64,000 nt of DNA from Eledone cirrhosa. Taxonomy: Eukaryota. Under the pieces are notes generated by a model that saw nothing but the letters and a program-made list of their open reading frames with translations, did not search any database and had not been told where the DNA came from. Location of the stretch: NCBI GenBank assembly GCA_964016885.1, contig OZ024740.1, positions 405,914,001-405,978,000 of the forward strand. Reading direction: 5' to 3'. The position numbers and the translations under genes were made by a program. Of the stretch, positions 49,901 to 64,000 are shown one piece after another. How positions within the stretch are numbered: position 1 is the stretch's first letter; every line of letters begins with the position of its first letter.

Positions 49901-52900
49901 CAATTGTGTATATGGCCTAATAGTTATAGTGTTGGTTTCACAATTGTGCATATGGCCTAGTAGTTATGGTGTTGGCTTCACAATTGTGTATATGGCCTAG
50001 TACTCATAGTGTTGGTTTCACAATTGTGTATATGGCCTAATAGTTATAGTGTTGGCTTAACAATTGTGTATATGGCCTAGTAATTATAGTGTTGGCTTCA
50101 CAATTGTGTATATGGCCTAGTAGTTATAGTGTTGGTTTCACAATTGTGTATATGGCCTAATAGTTATTGTGTTGGCTTCACAATTGTGCATATGGCCTAG
50201 TAGTTATAGTGTTGGCTTCACAATTGTGTATATGGCCTAGTACTTATAGTGTTGGCTTCACAATTGTTTATATGGCCTAGTAGTTATAGTGTTGGCCTCA
50301 CAATTACGTATATGGCCTAGTAGTTATAGTGTTGGCTTCACAAATGTGTGTATGTCCTAGTAGTTTGAGTGTTGGCTTCACAATTGTGTATATGGCCTAG
50401 TAGTTATAATGTTGGTTTGACAATTGTGGAAATGGCCTCTGGGTTATAGTGTTGTTTTCACAATTGTGTGTATGTCCTAGTAGTTATAGTGTTGGCTTCA
50501 CAAATGTGTATATGGTCTAGTAGTTATAGTGTTGGCTTCACAATTGTGTATATGGCCTAGTAGTTAGAGTGTTGGCTTCACAATTGTGTATATGACTTAG
50601 TAGCTATAGTGTTGGCATCAATATTGTGAAAGTGGCCTAGCAGTTATAGTGTTTGTTTCACACTTGAGTATATAGCCTAGTAGATATAGTGTTGGCTTCA
50701 CAATTGTGCATATGGCCTAGTAGATATAGTGTTGGCTTCACAATTCTGTATATGGCCTAATAATTATAGTGTTGGCTTCACAATTGTGTATATGGCCTAG
50801 TAGTTATAGTGTTGGCTATATAATTGTGTATATGGCCTGGTAGTTATAGTGTTGGCCTCACAATTGTGTATATGGCCTAGTAGTTATAGTGTTGGCTTCA
50901 CAAATGTGTATATGGCCTAGTGGTTATAGTGTTGGCTTCACAATTATGTATATGGCCTAGTAGTTATTGTGTTGGTTTCACAATTGTGTGTATGTCCTAG
51001 TAGTTATAGTGTTGGCTTCGCAAATGTGTATATGGCCAAATAGTTATAGTGTTGGTTTCACAATTGTGTATATGGCCTAGTAGTTATAGTGTTGGTTTCA
51101 CAATAGTGTATATGGCCTAGTAATTATAATGTTGGCTTCACAATTGTGTATATGGCCTAGTAGTTAGAGTGTTGGCTTTACAATTGTGTATATGGCCTAG
51201 TAGTTATAGTGTTGGTTTCAAATAGTGTATATGGCCTAATAACTATAGTGTTGGCTTCACAATTGTGTGTATGGCCTAGTAGTTATAGGCTTGGCTTCAC
51301 AATTGTGTGTATGGCCTAGTAGTTATAGTGTTGACTTCAAAAATGTGTATATGGCCTAGTTGTTATAGTGTTGTCTTCACAATTGTGTATATGGCCGAGC
51401 AGTTATAATGTTGGTTTGACAATTTTGTAAATGGCCTCTGGGTTATAGTGTTGTTTTCACAATTGTGTATATGGCCTAGTAGTTATAATGTAGGTTTCAC
51501 AATTGTGTATATGGCCTAGTATATATAGTGTTGGTTTCACAACTGTTTATATGGCCTAGTAATTATAATGTTGGCTTCACAATTGTGTGTATGGCCTAAT
51601 AGTTATAGTGTTGGCTTAACAATTGTGTATATGGCCTAGTAGTTATAGTGTTGGTTACACAATAGTGTATATGGGCTAGTAGTTATAGTGTTGGCTTCAC
51701 AATTGTGTATATGGCTTAGTAGTTATAGCGTTGGCTTCACAATTGTGTATATGCCTAGTAGTTTTAGTGTTGGTTTCAAATAGTGTATATGGCCTAATAA
51801 CTATAGTGTTGGCTTCACAATTGTGTATATGGCCTAGTAGTTATAGGGTTGGCTTCACAATTGTGTATATGGCCTAGTAGTTATAATGTTGGTTTGACAA
51901 TTGTGTAAATGGCCTCTGGGTTATAGTGTTGTTTTCACAACTGTGTATATGGCCTAGTAGTTATAACGTTGGTTTCACAATTGTGTGTATGTCCTAGTAG
52001 TTATAGTGTTGGGTTCACAAATGTGTATATGGTCTAGTAGTTATAGTGTTGCCTTCACAATTGTGTATATGGCCTAGTGGTTATAATGTTGGGTTCAGAA
52101 TTGTGTGTGTGGCCTAGTAGTTATAGTGTTGGTTTCACAACTGTATATATGGCCTAGTAGTTAGAGTGTTGGCTTCACAATTGTGTATATGGCCTAGTAG
52201 TTATAATGTAGGTTTCACAATTGTGTATATGGCCTAGTATATATAGTGTTGGTTTCACAACTGTGTATATGGCCTAGTAATTATAATGTTGGCTTCACAA
52301 TTGTGTGTATGGCCTAATAGTTATAGTGTTGGCTTAACTATTGTGTATATGGCCTAGTAGTTATAGTGTTGGTTTCACAATTGTGTATATGGCCTAGTAG
52401 ATATAGTGTTGATTTCACAATCGTGTATATGGCCTAATAGTTATAGTGTTGGCATCACAATTGTGCATATGGCCTAGTACTTATAGTTCTGGCTTCACAA
52501 TTGTGTATATAGCCTAGTACTTATAGTGTTGGTTTCACAATTGTGTATATGTCCTAATAGTTATAGTGTTGGCTTCACAATTGTGCATATGGCCTAGTGG
52601 TTATAGTGTTATGTTCAGAATTGTGTGTATATCCTAGTAGTTATAGTGTTGGTTTCACAATTGTGTATAAGGCCTAGTAGTTATAATGTTGGTTTCACAA
52701 TCGTGTGTATGGCCTATTAGTTATAGTGTTGGCTTCACAATTGTGTATATGGGCTAGTAGTTAGAGTGTAGGCTTCACAATTGTGTATATGGCCTAGTAG
52801 TTAGAGTGTTGGCTTCACAATTGTGTATATGACTTAGTGGCTATAGTGGTTGGCATCAATATTGTGAAAGGGGCCTAGCAGTTATAGTGTTTGTTTCACA

Positions 52901-55900
52901 CTTGAGTATATAGCCTAGTAGATATAGTGTTGGCTTCACAATTCTGTATATGGCCTAATCATTATAGTGTTGGCTTCACAATTGTGTATATGGACTAGTA
53001 GTTATAGTGTTGGCTATGTAATTGTGTATATGGCCTAGTAGTTATAGTGTTGGCCTCACAATTGTGTATATGGCCTAGTGGTTATAGTGTTGGCTTCACA
53101 ATTATGTATATGGCCTAGTAGTTATAGTGTTGGTTTCACAATTGTGTATATGTCCTAGTAGTTATAGTGTTGGCTTCGCAAATGCGTATATGGCCAAATA
53201 GTTATAGTGTTGGTTTCACAATTGTGTATATGGCCTAGTAGTTATAGTGTTGGTTTCACAACTGTATATATGGCCTAGTAGTTAGAGTGTTGGCTTCACA
53301 ATTGTGTATATGGCCTAGTAGTTAGAGTGTTGGCTTTACAATTGTATATATGGCCTAGTAGTTATAGTGTTGGTTTCAAATAGTGTATATGGCCTAGTTG
53401 TTATAGTGTTGTCTTCACAATTGTGTATATGGCCTAGCAGTTATAATGTTGGTTTGACAATTTTGTAAATGGCCTCTGGGTTATAGTGTTGTTTTCAGAA
53501 TTGTGTATATGGCCTAGTAGTTATAATGTTGGTTTCACAATTGTGTATATGGCCTAGTATATATAGTGTTGGTTTCACAACTGTGTATATGGCCTAGTAA
53601 TTATAATGTTGGCTTCACAATTGTGTGTATGGCCTAATAGTTATAGTGTTGGCTTAACAATTGTGTATATCGCCTAGTAGTTATAGTGTTGGTTTCACAA
53701 TTGTGTATATGGCCTAGTAGTTATAGTGTTGATTTCACAATTGTGTATATGGCCTAGTAGTTATAGTGTTGGCTTCACAATTGTCCATATGGCCTAGTAC
53801 TTATAGTTTTGGCTTCACAATTGTGTATATAGCCTAGTACTTATAGTATTGGTTTCACAATTGTGTATATGGCCTAGTAGTTATAGTGTTGGCTTCACAA
53901 TTGTGCATATGGCCTAGTAGTTATAGTGTTGGCTTCCCAATTGTGTATATGGCCTAGTAGTTATAGTTTTGGCTTCACAATTGTGTATATGGCCGAGTAC
54001 TTATAATGTTGGTTTCACAATTGTGTATATGGCCTAATAGTTATAGTGTTGGCTTAACAATTGTGTATATGGCCTAGTAATTATAGTGTTGGCTTCACAA
54101 TTGTGTATATGGCCTAGTAGTTATAGTGTTGGTTTCACAATTGTGTATATGGCCTAATAGCTATTGTGTTGGCTTAACAATTGTGCATATGGCCTTATGG
54201 TTATAGTGTTGGCTTCACAATTGTGTATATGGCCGAGTACTTATAGTGTTGGTTTCACAATTGTGTATATGGCCTAATAGTTAAAGTGATGGCTCAACAA
54301 TTGTGTATATGGCCTAGTAGTTATAGTGTTGGCTTCACAATTGTGTATATGGCCTAGTAGTTATAGAGTTGGTTTCACAATTGTGTATATGGCCTAATAG
54401 TTATAGTGTTGGCTTCACAATTGTGCATATGGCCAAGTAGTTATAGTGTTGGCTTCACAATTGTGTATATGGCCTAGTAGTTATAGTGTTGACTTCACAA
54501 TTGTGTATATGGCCTAGTAGTTATAGTGTTGGCTTCACAATTGTGTATATGGCCTAGTAGTTATAGTGTTGACTTCACAAATGTGTATATGGCCTAGTTG
54601 TTATAGTTTTGGCTTCACAATTGTGTATATGGCCTAGCAGTTATAATGTTGGTTTGACAATTTTGTAAATGGCCTCTGGGTTATAGTGTTGTTTTCACAA
54701 TTCTGTATATGGCCTAGTAGTTTTAATGTTGGTTTCACAATTCTGTATATGGCCTACTATATATAGTGTTGGTTTTACAACTGTGTATATGGCCTAGTAA
54801 TTATAATGTTGGCTTCACAATTGTGTATATGTCCTAGTAGTTATAGTGTTGGGTTCACAAATGTGTATATGGTCTAGTAGTTATAGTGATGCCTTCACAA
54901 TTGTGTATATGGCCTAGTGGTTATATTGTTGGGTTCAGAATTGTGTGTGTGGCCTTGTAGTCATAGTGTTGGCTTCACAGTTGTGTATATGGCCTAGTAG
55001 TTATAGTGTTGGTTTCACAACTGTGTATATGGCCTAGTAGTTCGCGTGTTGGCTTTACAATTGTGTATATGGCCTAGTAGTTATAGAGTTGGTTTCAAAT
55101 ATTGTATATGGCCTAATAACTATAGTGTTGGCTTCACAATTGTGTGTATGGCCTAGTAGTTATAGGCTTGGCTTCACAACTGTGTGTATGGCCTAGTAGT
55201 TATAGTGTTGACTTCAAAAATGTGTATATGGCCTAGTTGTTATAGTGTTGTCTTCACAATTGTGTATATGGCCTAGCAGTTATAATGTTGGTTTGACAAT
55301 TTTGTAAATGGCCTGTGGGTTATAGTGTTGTTTTCACAATTGTGTATATGGCCTAGTAGTTATAATGTTGGTTTCACAATTGTGTATATGGCCTAGTATA
55401 TATAGTGTTGGTTTGACAACTGTGTATATGGCCTAGTAATTATAATGTTGGCTTCACAATTGTGTGTATGGCCTAATAGTTATAGTGTTGGCTTTACAAT
55501 TGTGTATATGGCCTAGTAGTTATAGTGTTGGTTTCAAATAGTGTATATGGCCTAATAACTATAGTGTTGGCTTCACAATTGTGTGTATGGCCTAGTAGTT
55601 ATAGGCTTGGCTTCACAATTGTGTGTATGGCCTAGTAGTTATAGTGTTGACTTCAAAAATGTGTATATGGCCTAGTGGTTATAGTGTTGTCTTCACAATT
55701 GTGTATATGGCCTAGCAGTTATAACGTTGGTTTGAGAATTTTGTAAATGGCCTCTGGGTTATAGTGGTGTTTTCACAATTGTGTATATGGCCTAGTAGTT
55801 ATAATGTAGGTTTCACAATTGTGTATATGGCCTAGTTATATATAGTGTTGGTTTCACAACTGTGTATATGGCCTAGTAATTATAATGTTGGCTTCACAAT

Positions 55901-58900
55901 TGTGTGTATGGCCTAATAGTTATAGTGTTGGCTTAACAATTGTGTATATGGCCTAGTAGATATAGTGTTGATTTCACAATTGTGTATATGGCCTAATAGT
56001 TATAGTGTTGGCATCACAATTGTGCATATGGCCTAGTACTTATAGTTTTGGCTTCACAATTGTGTATATAGCCTAGTACTTATAGTGTTGGTTTCACAAT
56101 TGTGTATATGGCCTAATAGTTATAGTGTTGGCTTCACAATTGTGCATATGGCCTAGTGGTTATAATGTTATGTTCAGAATTGTGTGTATATCCTAGTAGT
56201 TATAGTGTTGGTTTCACAATTGTGCATAAGGCCTAGTAGTTATAATGTTGGTTTCACAATCGTGTGTATGGCCTATTAGTTATAGTGTTGGCTTCACAAA
56301 TGTGTATATGGTCTAGTAGTTATAGTGTTGGCTTCACAATTGTGTATATGGGCTAGTAGTTAGAGTGTAGGCTTCACAATTGTGTATATGGCCTAGTAGT
56401 TAGAGTGTTGGCTTCACAATTGTGTATATGACTTAGTAGCTATAGTGTTGGCATCAATATTGTGAAAGGGGCCTAGCAGTTATAGTGTTTGTTTCACACT
56501 TGAGTATATAGCCTAGTAGATATAGTGTTGGCTTCACAATTGTGCATATGGCCTAGTAGATATAGTGTTGGCTTCACAATTCTGTATATGGCCTAATCAT
56601 TATAGTGTTGGCTTCACAATTGTGTATATGGCCTAGTAGTTATAGTGTTGGCTATATAATTGTGTATATGGCCTAGTAGTTATAGTGTTGGCCTCACAAT
56701 TGTGTATATGGCCGTGTAGTTATTGTGTTGGCTTCACAAATGTGTATATGGCCTAGTAGTTATTATGTTGGCTTCACAATTGTGTATATGGCATAGTAGT
56801 TATAATGTTGGTTTCACAATTGTTTATATGGCCTAGTAGTTATTATGTTGGCTTCACAATTGTTTGTATGACCTAGTAGTTATTATGTTGGCTTCACAAT
56901 TGTGTGTATGGCCTCATCGTTATAGTGATGGTTTCAATATTGTGTATATGGCCTAGTAGTTAAAGTGTTGACTTAAGAATGGTATATATGGCCTAGTAGT
57001 TATAGTGTTTGCCTCACAATTGTGTATATGTCCTAGTAGTTATAGTGTTGGCTTCACAAATGTGTATATGGTCTAGTAGTTATAGTGTTGGTTTGACAAT
57101 TGTGTAAATTGGCTTCTGGGTTATAGTGTTGTTTTCACAATTGTGTATATGGCCTAGTGGTTATAATGTTGGTTTCACAATTGTGTGTATGGCCTAGTAT
57201 ATATAGTGTTGGCTTCACAACTGTGTATATGGCCTAGTAGTTATAATGTTGGTTTCACAATCGTGTATATGGCCTAGTAGTTATAGTGTTGGCTTCACAA
57301 ATGTGTATATGGTTTAGTTGTTATAGTGTTGGCTTCACAATTGTGTATATGGCCTAGTAGTTATAGTGTTGGTTTCACAATTGTGTATATGGCATAATAG
57401 TCATAATGTTTGTTTCACAATTGTGTATATGACCTAGTAGTTAAAGTGTTGGCTTAAGAATGGTGTATATGGCCTAGTAGTTATAGTGTTGGCTTCACAA
57501 ATGTGTATATGGTTTAGTTGTTATTGTGTTGGCTTCACAATTGTGTATATGGCCTAGTAGTTATAGTGTTGGCTTCACAAATGTCTATATGTCCTAGTAG
57601 TTATAGTGTTGGCTTCATATTGTGTATATGGACTAGCAGTTATAATGTTGGTTTGACAATTGTGTAAATGGCTTCTGGGTTATAGTGTTGTTTTCACAAT
57701 TGTTTATATGGCTAAGTAGTTATAATGTTGGTTTCACAATTGTGTGTATGTCCTAGTAGTTATAGTGTTGGCTACACAAATGTGTATATGGTCTAGTAGT
57801 TATAGTGTTGGATTCACAATTGTTTATATGGCCTAGTGGTTATAATGTTGGTTTCACAATTGTGTGTATGGCCTCATGGTTATAGTGTTGGTTTCACAAC
57901 TGTGTATATGTCCTAGTAGTTATATTGTTGGTTTCACAATCGTGTATATGGCCTAGTAGTTATAGTGTTGGCTTCACAATTGTGTATATGGCCTAGTATT
58001 TATAGTGTTGGTTTCACAATTGTGTATATGGCATAATAGTTATAATGTTTGTTTCACAATTGTGTATATGGCCTAGTAGTTATAATGTTTGTTTCACAAA
58101 TGTGTATATGGTCTAGTAGTTATAGTGTTGGCTTCACAATTGTGTATATGGCCTAGTAGTTATAATGTTGGATTCACAATTGTGTATATGGCCTAGTAGT
58201 TATAGTGTTGGCTTCACAATTGTGTATATGGCCTCATGGTTATAGTGTTGGTTTCACAATTGTGTGTATGGCCTAGTAATTATAGTGTTGGTTTCACAAT
58301 TGTGTATATGGCTTAGTAGTTACAGTGTTGGCTTCACAATTGTGTATATGCCTAGTAGTTAGAGTGTTGGCTTTACAATTGTGTATATGGCCTAGTAGTT
58401 ATAGTGTTGGCTTCACAATAGTGTATATGGCCTAGTGGTTATAATGTCGGTTTCACAATCGTGTCTATGGCATAGTAGCTATAGTGTTAGCTTCAAAATT
58501 GTGAAAGTGGCCTAGCAGTTATAGTGTTTGTTTCACACTTGTGTATATAGCCTAGTACTTATAGTGTTGGTTTCACAGTTGTGTATATGGCCTAGTACTT
58601 ATAGTGTTGGCTTCACATTTGTGTATATAGCCTAGTAGATATAGTGTTGGCTTCACAATTGTGTATATGGCCTAATAGTTATAATGTTTGTTTCACAATT
58701 GTGTATATGGCCTAGTAGTTATAGTGTTGGCTTCACAATTATGTGTATGGCCTAGTAGTTATAGAGTTGACTTCACAATTGTGTATATGGCCTAGTAGTT
58801 AGAGTGTTGGCTTCACAATTGTTTATATGGCCTAGTAGTTATAATGTTGGTTTGACAATTGTGTAAATGGTCTCTGGGTTATAGTGTTGTTTTCACAATT

Positions 58901-61900
58901 GTGTATATGGCCTAGTAGTTATAATGTTGGTTTCACAATTGTGTGTATGGCCTAGTAGTTATAGTGTTGGTTTCAGAACTGTGTATACGGCCTACTAGTT
59001 AGAGTGTTGGCTTCACAATTGTGTATATGGCTTAGTAGTTATAGTGTTGGCTTCACAATTGTGTATATGGCCTAGTACTTATAGTGTTGGTTTCACAATT
59101 GTGTATATGGCCTAGTAGTTATAGCGTTGGCTTCACAATTGTGTACATGACCTAGTAGTTATAGTGTTGGTTTCAAATATTTTATATGGCCTAACAACTA
59201 TAGTGTTGGCTTCACAATTGTGTGTATGGCCTAGTAGTTATAGGGTTAGCTTCACAATTGTGTGTATGGCCTCATGGTTATAGTGTTGGCTTCACAAATG
59301 TGTATATGGTCTAGTAGTTATAGTGTTGGCTTCACAATTGTGTATATGGCCTAATAGTTATAGTGTTGGCTTAACAATTGTGTATATGGCCTAGTAATTA
59401 TAGTGTTGGCTTCACAATTGTGTATATAGACTAGTAGTTATAGTGTTGGTTTCACAATCGTGTATATGGCCTAGTGTTGGTTTGACAATTGTGTAAATGG
59501 CCTCTGGGTTATAGTGTTGTTTTCACAATTGTGTGTATGGCCTAATAGTTATAGTGTTGGCTTCACAACTGTGTATATGGCCTAGCAGTTATAACGTTGG
59601 TTTCACAATCGTATGTATGACCTCATGGTTATATTGTTGGTTTCACAATTGTGTATATGGCCTAGTAGTTATAGTGTTGACTTCACAATTGTGTATATGC
59701 CTAGTAGTTATAGTGTTGGTTTGACAATTGTGTAAATGGCCTCTGGGTTATAGTGTTGTTTTCACAATTGTGTGTATGGCCTAATAGTTATAGTGTTGGC
59801 TTCACAACAGTGTATATGGCCTAGTAGTTATAGTGTTGGCTTCACAATTGTGTATATGGCCTAGTAGTTAGAGTGTTGGCTTCACAATTGTGTATATGGC
59901 CTAGTAGTTAGAGTGTTGGCTTCACAATTGTGTATATGGCTTAGTAGCTATAGTGTTGGCTTCAAAATTGTGAAAGTGGCCTAGCAGTTATAGTGTTTGT
60001 TTCACACTTGTGTATATAGCCTAGTAGTTATAGTGTTGGCTTCACAAATGAGTATATGGTCTAGTAGTTATAGTGTTGGCGTCACAATTGTGTATACGGC
60101 CTAGTGGTTATAATATTGGTTTCACAATTGTGTGTAAGGCCTAGTAGTTATAGTGTTGGCTTAACAAATGTGTATATGGTTTAGTAGTATTAATGTTGGC
60201 TTCACAATTGTGTATATGGCCTATTAGTTAGAGTGTTGGCTTCAGAATTGTGTATATGGCTTAGTAGCCATAGTGTCGACTTCAAAATTGTGAAAGTGGC
60301 CTAGCAGTTATAATGTTCTTTTCACACTTGTGTATATAGCCTAGTAGATATAGTGTTGGCTTCACAATTGTGTATATGGCCTTATAGTTATAGTGTTGGC
60401 TTCCCAATTGTGTATATGGCCTACTAGTTATAGTGTTGGCTTCACAATTGTGTGTATGGCCTCATGGTTATAGTGTTGGTTTCACAATTGTGTATATGGC
60501 CTAGTAGTTATAGTGTTGGTTTCACAATTGTGTATATGGCCTAGTAGTTATAATGTTGGTTTGACAATTGTGTAAATGGCCTCTGAGTTATAGTGTTGTT
60601 TTCACAATTGTGTATATGGCCTAGTAGTTATAATGTTGGTTTCACATTTCTGTGTATGTTCTAGTAGTTATAGTGTTGGCTTCACAAATGTGTATATGGT
60701 CTAGTAGTTATAGTGTTGGCTTCACAATTGTGTATATGGCCTAGTGGTTATAATGTTGGGTTCAGAATTGTGTGTATATCCTAGTAGTTATAGTGTTGGC
60801 TTCACAATTGTGTATATGGCTTAGTCGCTATAGTGTTGGCATCAATATTGTGAAAGTGGCCTAGCAGTTATAGTGTTTGTTTCACAATTGTGCATATGGC
60901 CTAGTAGATATAGTGTTGGCTTCACAATTCTGTATATGGCCTAATAATTATAGTGTTGGCTTCACAATTGTGTATATGGCCTAGTAGTTATAGTGTTGGC
61001 TGTATAATTGTGTATATGGCCTAGTAGTTATAGTGCTGGCCTCACAATTGTGTATATGGCCTAGTAGTTATAGTGTTGGCTTCACAAATGTGTATATGGC
61101 CTAGTAGTTATAGTGTTGGCTTCACAATTATGTATATGGCCTAGTAGTTATAGTGTTGGTTTCACAATTGTGTGTATGTCCTAGTAGTAATAGTGTTGGC
61201 TTCACAAATGTGTATATGGCCAAATAGTTATAGTGTTGGTTTCACAATTGTGTATATGAACTAGTAGTTATAGTGTTGGTTTCACAATTGTGTATATGGC
61301 CTAGTAGTTATAGTGTTGGCTTCACAATTGTGTATATGGCCTAGTAGTTATAGGGTTGGCTTCACAATTGTGTATATGGCCTAGTAGTTATAGTGTTAGC
61401 TTCACAAATGTGTATATGGCCTAGTAGTTATAATGTTGGTTTGACAATTGTGTAAATGGCCTCTGGGTGATAGTGTTGTTTTCACAATTGTGTATATGGC
61501 CTAGTAGTTATAATGTTGGGTTCAGAATTGTGTGTGTGGCCTAGTAGTTATAGTGTTGCCTTCACAATTGTGTATATGGCCTAGTAGTTAGAGTGTTGGC
61601 TTCACAATTGTGTATATGGCCTAGTATTTATAGTGTTGGTTTCACAATTGTGTATATGGCATAATAGTTATAATGTTTGTTTCACAATTGTGTATATGGC
61701 CTAGTAGTTATAATGTTTGTTTCACAAATGTGTATATGGTCTAGTAGTTATAGTGTTGGCTTCACAATTGTGTATATGGCCTAGTAGTTATAATGTTGGA
61801 TTCACAATTGTGTATATGGCCTAGTAGTTATAGTGTTGGCTTCACAATTGTGTATATGGCCTCATGGTTATAGTGTTGGTTTCACAATTGTGTGTATGGC

Positions 61901-64000
61901 CTAGTAATTATAGTGTTGGTTTCACAATTGTGTATATGGCTTAGTAGTTACAGTGTTGGCTTCACAATTGTGTATATGCCTAGTAGTTAGAGTGTTGGCT
62001 TTACAATTGTGTATATGGCCTAGTAGTTATAGTGTTGGCTTCACAATAGTGTATATGGCCTAGTGGTTATAATGTCGGTTTCACAATCGTGTCTATGGCA
62101 TAGTAGCTATAGTGTTAGCTTCAAAATTGTGAAAGTGGCCTAGCAGTTATAGTGTTTGTTTCACACTTGTGTATATAGCCTAGTACTTATAGTGTTGGTT
62201 TCACAGTTGTGTATATGGCCTAGTACTTATAGTGTTGGCTTCACATTTGTGTATATAGCCTAGTAGATATAGTGTTGGCTTCACAATTGTGTATATGGCC
62301 TAATAGTTATAATGTTTGTTTCACAATTGTGTATATGGCCTAGTAGTTATAGTGTTGGCTTCACAATTATGTGTATGGCCTAGTAGTTATAGAGTTGACT
62401 TCACAATTGTGTATATGGCCTAGTAGTTAGAGTGTTGGCTTCACAATTGTTTATATGGCCTAGTAGTTATAATGTTGGTTTGACAATTGTGTAAATGGTC
62501 TCTGGGTTATAGTGTTGTTTTCACAATTGTGTATATGGCCTAGTAGTTATAATGTTGGTTTCACAATTGTGTGTATGGCCTAGTAGTTATAGTGTTGGTT
62601 TCAGAACTGTGTATACGGCCTACTAGTTAGAGTGTTGGCTTCACAATTGTGTATATGGCTTAGTAGTTATAGTGTTGGCTTCACAATTGTGTATATGGCC
62701 TAGTACTTATAGTGTTGGTTTCACAATTGTGTATATGGCCTAGTAGTTATAGCGTTGGCTTCACAATTGTGTACATGACCTAGTAGTTATAGTGTTGGTT
62801 TCAAATATTTTATATGGCCTAACAACTATAGTGTTGGCTTCACAATTGTGTGTATGGCCTAGTAGTTATAGGGTTAGCTTCACAATTGTGTGTATGGCCT
62901 CATGGTTATAGTGTTGGCTTCACAAATGTGTATATGGTCTAGTAGTTATAGTGTTGGCTTCACAATTGTGTATATGGCCTAATAGTTATAGTGTTGGCTT
63001 AACAATTGTGTATATGGCCTAGTAATTATAGTGTTGGCTTCACAATTGTGTATATAGACTAGTAGTTATAGTGTTGGTTTCACAATCGTGTATATGGCCT
63101 AGTGTTGGTTTGACAATTGTGTAAATGGCCTCTGGGTTATAGTGTTGTTTTCACAATTGTGTGTATGGCCTAATAGTTATAGTGTTGGCTTCACAACTGT
63201 GTATATGGCCTAGCAGTTATAACGTTGGTTTCACAATCGTATGTATGACCTCATGGTTATATTGTTGGTTTCACAATTGTGTATATGGCCTAGTAGTTAT
63301 AGTGTTGACTTCACAATTGTGTATATGCCTAGTAGTTATAGTGTTGGTTTGACAATTGTGTAAATGGCCTCTGGGTTATAGTGTTGTTTTCACAATTGTG
63401 TGTATGGCCTAATAGTTATAGTGTTGGCTTCACAACAGTGTATATGGCCTAGTAGTTATAGTGTTGGCTTCACAATTGTGTATATGGCCTAGTAGTTAGA
63501 GTGTTGGCTTCACAATTGTGTATATGGCCTAGTAGTTAGAGTGTTGGCTTCACAATTGTGTATATGGCTTAGTAGCTATAGTGTTGGCTTCAAAATTGTG
63601 AAAGTGGCCTAGCAGTTATAGTGTTTGTTTCACACTTGTGTATATAGCCTAGTAGTTATAGTGTTGGCTTCACAAATGAGTATATGGTCTAGTAGTTATA
63701 GTGTTGGCGTCACAATTGTGTATACGGCCTAGTGGTTATAATATTGGTTTCACAATTGTGTGTAAGGCCTAGTAGTTATAGTGTTGGCTTAACAAATGTG
63801 TATATGGTTTAGTAGTATTAATGTTGGCTTCACAATTGTGTATATGGCCTATTAGTTAGAGTGTTGGCTTCAGAATTGTGTATATGGCTTAGTAGCCATA
63901 GTGTCGACTTCAAAATTGTGAAAGTGGCCTAGCAGTTATAATGTTCTTTTCACACTTGTGTATATAGCCTAGTAGATATAGTGTTGGCTTCACAATTGTG
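16961..64000. repeat. Satellite DNA, 40-bp unit ttgtgtatatggcctagtagttatagtgttggcttcacaa, ~47 kb, running off the window end
   Basis: Continuous head-to-tail array of ~1,175 units in one orientation. The consensus has no CpG and is G+T-skewed on the plus strand (26/40). Unit junctions form the palindrome cacaattgtg. I saw no foreign insertion. Confidence 0.99.

Noticed and set aside
26189-63352. 63-aa ORFs within the satellite (26189, 28708, 33957, 59533, 63161)
   Set aside because: They are chance stop-free runs in a 40-bp repeat. The identical copies reflect block duplication.
16961-64000. CRISPR array (regular 40-bp periodicity with a palindromic element)
   Set aside because: Units are head-to-tail with no unique spacers, there are no cas genes, and the context is eukaryotic retroelements.

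Overview
Repeat-dominated eukaryotic DNA. The SINE/RTE-LINE vocabulary and (GAT)n tails resemble octopus/cephalopod repeats (recognised from memory, not searched). No intact protein-coding gene, RNA gene or CRISPR array is evident. Layout: (1) 1-~1830, 3' part of a frameshifted Ty3/Gypsy retrotransposon (integrase, PPT, putative 3' LTR ending in two tRNA-Trp PBS-like copies). (2) 2112-5573, a 27/21-bp minisatellite ending in a palindrome plus CTAG|T. (3) ~5.9-16.9 kb, decayed RTE LINEs, SINEs, MITEs, a ~170-bp loopless palindrome, a degenerate hammerhead-like motif and one or two candidate minus-strand terminal exons. (4) 16961-64000, an uninterrupted 47-kb array of a 40-bp satellite (~1,175 units) with nested higher-order duplications from 120 bp to ~26 kb. 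The long ORFs in the ORF track are best explained by repeat periodicity. I cannot support a claim of a new biological system. The best leads are the satellite architecture, the possibly Helitron-borne minisatellite and the duplicated PBS.
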